Origin: Macrostomum lignano
Lineage: Eukaryota
NCBI GenBank assembly: GCA_002269645.1
Contig: NIVC01003296.1
Location: forward strand, 41,900 to 105,899
DNA length: 64,000 nt
Direction of reading: 5' to 3'
The notes beneath the pieces are model-generated. The model saw nothing but the letters and a program-made list of their open reading frames with translations, had not been told where the DNA came from and made no database searches. This document shows positions 56,392 through 64,000 of the stretch, in pieces (the first letter of the stretch is position 1; every line of letters starts with the position of its first letter). The position numbers were made by a program, and so were the translations under genes.

Positions 56392-57464
56392 TGGAGATAC
56401 TAAAACAACTGGATGTCACTCGCAAGAAATGCGCTCGCTCATCAATCTTTCAGTAGCAAAAGTAGCGTTTCTGCCTTTATATTATTAGGATTAAAATTTA
56501 TTACTTTTACAGATATTTTTAGTATTTGATAGCTGCAACAATCGCATCTCTGGCTGTCTACAAGCAGACCCAATTAAATTAGGATCTTCATCCTGTTGGA
56601 AGCTGCACCCAAATCCACTGCGGGTGCATAGCAAGCAAGAGAGAAAAGGGGTGGCGCCATCCAGGCCAATAAACAGTTAGGCTTTTCTCTTACCCCTTGT
56701 GTCTGACTTTGATCTCTCTCCTTACTGCTCTCTCATTGGCTGAGCTAGATTAGTCCTGTCCAAGGATAATATATAACAACTGCTTATGTATAGGCCTAGG
56801 CCTGCCCCCTAGGCTGAGTTTCGTCCGTCTGACTTTGACCTCTCTCCTTGCTGCTCTCTCATTGGCTGAGCTAGATTGGGCCTGCCCCCTAGGCTGAGTT
56901 TCGTCCGTCTGACTTTGACCTCTCTCCTTGCTGCTCTCTCATTGGCTGAGCTAGATTGGGCCTGCCCCTAGGCTGAGTTTCGTCCGTCTGACTTTGACCT
57001 CTCTCCTTGCTGCTCTCTCATTGGCTGAGCTAGATTGGGCCTGCCCCTAGGCTGAGTTTCGTCCGTCTGACTTTGACCTCTCTCCTTGCTGCTCTCTCAT
57101 TGGCTGAGCTAGATTGGGCCTGCCCCCTAGGCTGAGTTTCGTCCGTCTGACTTTGACCTCTCTCCTTGCTGCTCTCTCATTGGCTGAGCTAGATTGGGCC
57201 TGCCCCCTAGGCTGAGTTTCGTCCGTCTGACTTTGACCTCTCTTCTTGCTGCTCTCTCATTGGCTGAGCTAGATTGGGCCTGCCCCCTAGACTGAGTTTC
57301 ATCCGTCTTGCGTACATCGAGTTAAATTCCTTAGCCCGCAAAAAAGGAAATTTTAGTTGCCACATTAAGTTTAAGTGACACTGCACGGATAAGTGTGGAT
57401 GCTGAACTTGTTGACAAACTTTCTTACATTACGAGTGACATGTCTAGTTAGTCTAGTATCTGTG
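56392..57464 (+). mobile_element. ~1.07-kb non-autonomous hAT-like element carrying an 80-bp minisatellite (~7.5 copies, 56700-57305)
   Basis: Right end TCTAGTTAGTCTAGTATCTGTG is the inverse of the 46233 TIR; left end degenerate (AGATACTAAAACAACTGGAT); ATAGGA occurs in both flanks. Confidence 0.75.
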
Positions 57465-58464
57465 ATAGGACCTAAGGAATCATTTTTCAACTAAGTGTTT
57501 TCGTTCATTGTTTAGTTTGTGTTGTCATTATTTTTTAAAACGTTTTCCTGACTATTTAATGTAGTAACAAATCACTAGGCATGATTTTTGTTAGAGAAAT
57601 ATGTAAGTATATAATACCATACGTAATAAATACAATTACGAGAGTGTGTACTCGTATAGTTAGTAGCGTTTGCGTCTTTCCTTGCCAAAATTAGTTTGAG
57701 AAGAAATTTGAGCAGTGTCTGTAGTTTAGATAACATCCTTTTGCTATAAAATGTGTTCACTGTTCATTTTCGCTGTTTGCTGTTCTGTGCCTGCAGTCCG
57801 TTTGTCATTTTATTTTTTGCTATTTGATTTCCCTCAGTGGGTCTGCATGCCGCATTCCATAAGTTTATCCACAGTCGCGCTGATGCATGATGGACATGAC
57901 TAAATTGCATTCACTGAATTGGCCTAAGGTTGGACCTAAGAAGCCCAGTCACTGATAGGACCCACAGAATCCATGAGTAGGCCGAATGGCAATTTGCAAA
58001 TTCTTTGAAATTTATTGCTGGCTTGTCTCGTAGATTTTGATTCGTACTACTGAGAAAGATCACATCATAAGTAGGCTGTGCGAATGATAATTCTTTTTTT
58101 TAGTAGGAACCATTCTTGAGCATTCTGAGCATATTCTGTGAATGAGACAATCAAATCCTTAATTTTTTTCTTCTGGTCCTTTCAACGCATCTCCCTAGTT
58201 CCGTCCCGTCATTCAATTTAATGCTGAAACCCCCTCCCTGATCCCTTAGTCAAAGTTCCCTATCTGGTTTGTAATGGGATAATTATTTATATTCTGGTTT
58301 ATAACAGCCCGCGTCTCCAATCCTTAAGCATATATTGTTAAGTCAAGACAGGTTTCAAACAATTTAACAACTTCTGTTGTGTCTCTGCGCGAGCCTAATC
58401 TAATTTTCCACTAGAGGAAAATGTTCAGCACTACATTATAAGTAGTATATAGACCGGTTTCATT

Positions 58465-58475
58465 GCCGCCATCTT
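58465..58475 (+). promoter_or_regulatory. YY1-like motif upstream of katanin
   Basis: GCCGCCATCTT matches CCGCCATNTT, ~800 nt upstream of the katanin ATG; single-motif evidence only. Confidence 0.25.
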
Positions 58476-59234
58476 TTTAGTGTTTATTATACATTGTTTG
58501 ATTTTGTTATATAACTTTATATTTTGTGGCCGCCACACCTTCGCACTTTCCCCTTCGCTGCTTGTGTAACATTAATGGCTTTTGTTAGGCCTTTGCTCGC
58601 TAGCCAGTACTAATAGTAGTAATAGTAGTAGTGCTAACCATACATAGTATAAAATATAGTTCAAAAAGCCTATTTTTACTACCTACCAACACGTTTTCTA
58701 ATGCAGATGAAGTTTCATCTCTTTGATCGCTGCTAGTTTGAATGCACCAGCGTGTGTCCGTCTAATTGTGGCCTGTCTGTCTGTCTGTCTGCCTGTCTGC
58801 CTGTCTGCCTGTCCTGTCCGTATTCTTTCTACGCGGCTAGTACTTCTGTTTTCGATGAAAAAAGAAAAATACAAAGTCTTATTTTACTAATGCTAGATTT
58901 ATGATAAGCATTGACCATCGTTAGTGATTTACTTATTTTGTTTTCTTCGTGTCAAAGCTCTAGGTCACGTGCTCTTAGTAATCATCCGCTACCGGTTTGT
59001 TTTGGGGATTTAGGCCATGGGTATATTAGTATGTAGGGAAGCCGCGAGGCCGGTCTCTAGGAGTTGTTAATCGCCACTTCCCCCAATGTGATTTACGATT
59101 TTATACTTTTAGAAGAAATGCAGAAAAAATAATTAAAAACGTTCAAAACGTTCAAAACAATGCAGATGTCTTCTATACTCTACTAGAAGTAGAAATATGT
59201 TTTGAAATTAGTCACATTGCAGCACCTAGTTTAA

Positions 59235-60776
<1,542 letters not shown>

Positions 60777-61595
60777 TTTGTTGACGCTAGCTAAAGTCTA
60801 CAGGATGCTAAAGCTCTGGTAAAGCCAATTACCAAATTAGCGATACTACCTACGGTAGTGTTTTAAGATCTGTGACTCACTCTTTCATATGTTAAATGAC
60901 TGCAAATAATTTTAGTTTCTTTCTCAATTTTTAAAGAATAATAATTCTTATTTTAATGTTCTGCCAGTAGGCACGTTTTATAGGAATAAATAATGCAGCG
61001 GATCTTTCATAAGCTGTTATTTATTTGTTCTCAAGCTAAGTAAAATTAACCCACAGTAGTTAGAAGGTATATACTTTTTCTCTATGCATATGTTGTAATA
61101 ATTGGCAAGTTCAATTAACTCTATTTTGGACTAGCTCATCCTGAACAAAGAATATTTTATTCTAAAAAGCGCAAGTTAAGCATATTTTTTGCATATATTT
61201 ATCTCAAGTTAACGATGTCAAAGGTTTGCGTTAAAACCATTTAAAGCGGTATATTAATCGCCTTTTCTATAATCTACTCCGACGAGGGACACAAAGTAAA
61301 TTTTATTTCTCCATTGTTTGTGTGATACGTTTACTGTTGATTGTAATTTTGTTTGATTCTCTGCAGAAATTTCTTATCCAGCAATTTTGTACCTGGAAAT
61401 TTACTTGAATTTTTCATATACGAGATACTAACTAGTTATTCTGCTGTCTACTGCGCGTGCGTTTTACAGTTTGTAAGTAGGCTTAGGGAGGCACATTTTT
61501 CCTATCTTTCTTTCCTCGTTATTAGGAGTGCTTTCTAGCATGCATGTACTATAAATAATTATATTTATGTAGCCGCATATTTCCTCTGTTAAATA

Positions 61596-62717
61596 GACAG
61601 ATACTAGAATAACCAGATATCACTCGCAAAAAAAGTTGTGTAAAAGTACAGCATCTACTCTGTTTTCAGTAGTTTGTATGCACAGTGTTGTGTGGGCAGG
61701 CCAAATCTAGCTCAGCCAATGAGAGAGCAGCAAGGAGAGAGGTCAAAGTCAAACAGACAAACCTCAACCTAGGGGGCAGGCCCAATCTAGCTTGGAAGGG
61801 GGGGGTTCAAAACTCGAAATTTCACAACGTCGAAAACTCAAATAGCAGCCACTTTCACAAGGTCGAAATTTCAAAACATCGAAAACTTTAGCAAAGGACT
61901 TCATAAGGTCGAAATTTCACAACGTAGAAAACTTAAACAGCTGCAGCCACTTTCACAAGGTCAAAACTTCACAAGATCGAAATTTCACAACATTGAAAAC
62001 TTTAGCAAGAGACTTCATATGGTCGAAATTTCACAAGGTCGAAATTTCACAACGTAGGAAACTACTGTATGGTTCTTGTTATATTAAATTTTCGACCTTG
62101 TGAAAGCATTCCTTCTAGCTCAGTCAATGAGAGAGCAGCAAGGGGAGAGGTCAAAATCAGACAGACAAACCTCAATCTAGGGGCAGGCCCAATCTAGCTC
62201 AGCCAATGAGAGAGCAGCAAGGGGAGAGGTCAAAATCAGACAGACAAACCTCAATCTAGGGGGCAGGCCCAATCTAGCTCAGCCAATGAGAGAGCAGCAA
62301 GGGGAGAGGTCAAAATCAGACAGACAAACCTCAATCTAGGGGGCAGGCCCAATCTAGCTCAGCCAATGACAGAGCAGCAAGGGGAGAGGTCAAAATCAGA
62401 CAGACAAACCTCAATCTAGGGGGCAGGCCCAATCTAGCTCAGCCAATGAGAGAGCAGCAAGGAGAGAGGTCAAAGTCAGACGGACGAAACTCAGTCTAGG
62501 GGTAGGCCCAATATAGCTCTCTATGCACACGCACTGGATGGGTGCAGCTTCAAACAGGATGAAGATGCTAATTCGATGGGTCTTCTTGTAGACAGCCAGT
62601 GACGATTGTTGCTCTTTAAAAACTATTTTTAAATTCATTAACTTAAGACAAAAACCCCAGTTTTGCTACTGACAATAGAGTAGATGAGAGCAAGTGACAG
62701 TTATTCTTGTATCTGTG
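61596..62717 (-). mobile_element. ~1.12-kb non-autonomous hAT-like element (inverted sister of 56392-57464) with 80-bp minisatellite
   Basis: Ends GACAGATACTAGAATAAC and AGTTATTCTTGTATCTGTG; 8-bp flanks GTTAAATA/GTTGAATC (6/8); reverse-complement 80-bp units at 61697-61790 and 62117-62512; non-repetitive internal block 62520-62613 matches 56536-56630. Confidence 0.8.
61793..62116. mobile_element. Nested insertion built from GGTCGAAATTTCACAA repeats
   Basis: Interrupts an 80-bp unit at CTAGCT, which occurs on both sides; the last motif copy is inverted (TTTTCGACCTTGTGAAA). Confidence 0.5.
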
Positions 62718-64000
62718 GTTGAATCTAATTTATTCCTGCTTGATGTTGCTGTCTAATGCTTGTTTTTTGGCCTTCTGTGTCTCACTTACTCAACCTATAT
62801 TTTTCGGTCAAGTGTCACTTAAGTAGTAACATTTGCTTGTCTAGTAAATACTAATTATGATATACTGTATGTATACGGTGTGAAATTGGCATAAATCTAC
62901 TACTAGTTTACATTAGGTACCGTATGCTATGAATTATAACAGGATATTTTATGCGCCTCAGTCGATTACTGTTCCAGTGTGTGTTATTCAATCCGCCCAA
63001 ACTTGACAATGGAGTCGGATTTTATATTATATGCCTAATTTCAGAAAATATATGTATGCATATATTCTTACTGTAATTTGCTTCTATTATTAGTATAAAT
63101 TTAATAACACTTTTGTCGTTCGTATTGCTTAATTCACAATTAAATTTTATAGTAGCAGAGCTGATTGTCTAGTTGCTAAGCCTTCAGGCCTGGTGTTGTC
63201 GAATTTCAGATTTCAGATCAGTAGAGATATACCTATAATAGCACCTGGCTGCCAACCAAATGCATCCTTACAAATTCCTTTTATCGAATACCTATAATCA
63301 GTCTGATGACTGTCTCTTGTTCCTATCAAGTGCTCTTGTTCTTAGCTTCTTCTGAGGCTGTGTTTTATCTAAAGTATGCTCATATTTAGTAATTCCTCAT
63401 CACTCTCGGCTTCCGAATTTCCCAACCTGTCAGCTTATCATTTCAGGTACTACTGTGTCAGGAATCAGGATTATGTTCCAGGTGCTTGACAAATCTATGG
63501 GTTATTTTAGTCCGCTCACCTTTTTTGTACTAGAAAGTGCAAAATTTTATCGCGTTAAGCTGTTTATTACTTTGTATCTGCCGTTCTTGTTTATATTGCT
63601 TCTCATTTGAATGTATAAAGTTAAATCATTAGTTTACGTATATAGAGACAATACTGCGGTATGCACTAGTATATCATGATTTATTTATTCTTTTTGTCCG
63701 TGCATGTCGAAGATTAGAAAGACATTTAAACACAGTGTGTTTTAACGCTCAAATGCTTTGAGAATTTGTGAGCTGCAGTTTAATTTAGCATGACAACGGT
63801 AAACTGGAGTACAAGAGCTACAAGAAGCTGTCCTATATTTTCGCTGTCTTGCAGTTTCGGTTGCAGCATTCCTTTGATGGTCCATGGTTTCAAGAAAGCT
63901 CAGATGAAAGCGCATCCCATGCTATAATCTAGCTGCTCTTCACAATGAAGTGCTTGTAATAAGCCCCAAGAACAGATAAAGACAAAAATCGTCTCAGCAG

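Overview
Eukaryotic (animal) genomic DNA with GC-rich exons in AT-rich, minisatellite- and transposon-filled spacers. The style (poly-Q/poly-A inserts, array-filled introns, splice acceptors just ahead of start codons) best fits a Macrostomum-like flatworm; this is inference. Genes, read by hand with splice phases checked: ELP4 (minus, runs off the left edge), an ankyrin-repeat protein (minus), a small 2-TM orphan, a GLI/ZIC-like C2H2 zinc-finger gene, an intronless R7-family RGS, a 7-exon MCM6 spanning 18 kb, and intronless MED22, a 656-aa low-complexity orphan and katanin p60. Mobile DNA: a tRNA-derived SINE family, a Penelope-like relic, several hAT-like and other TIR elements, and a possible solo LTR. 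Best leads: (1) ELP4 appears to have no genomic start codon and is in frame to take its AUG from the flatworm spliced leader. (2) A non-autonomous hAT-like family carries an internal 80-bp CCAAT-containing minisatellite, with two inverted copies bracketing katanin. (3) Most internal introns are filled by their own distinct minisatellite. All homology calls come from remembered family motifs, not database searches.
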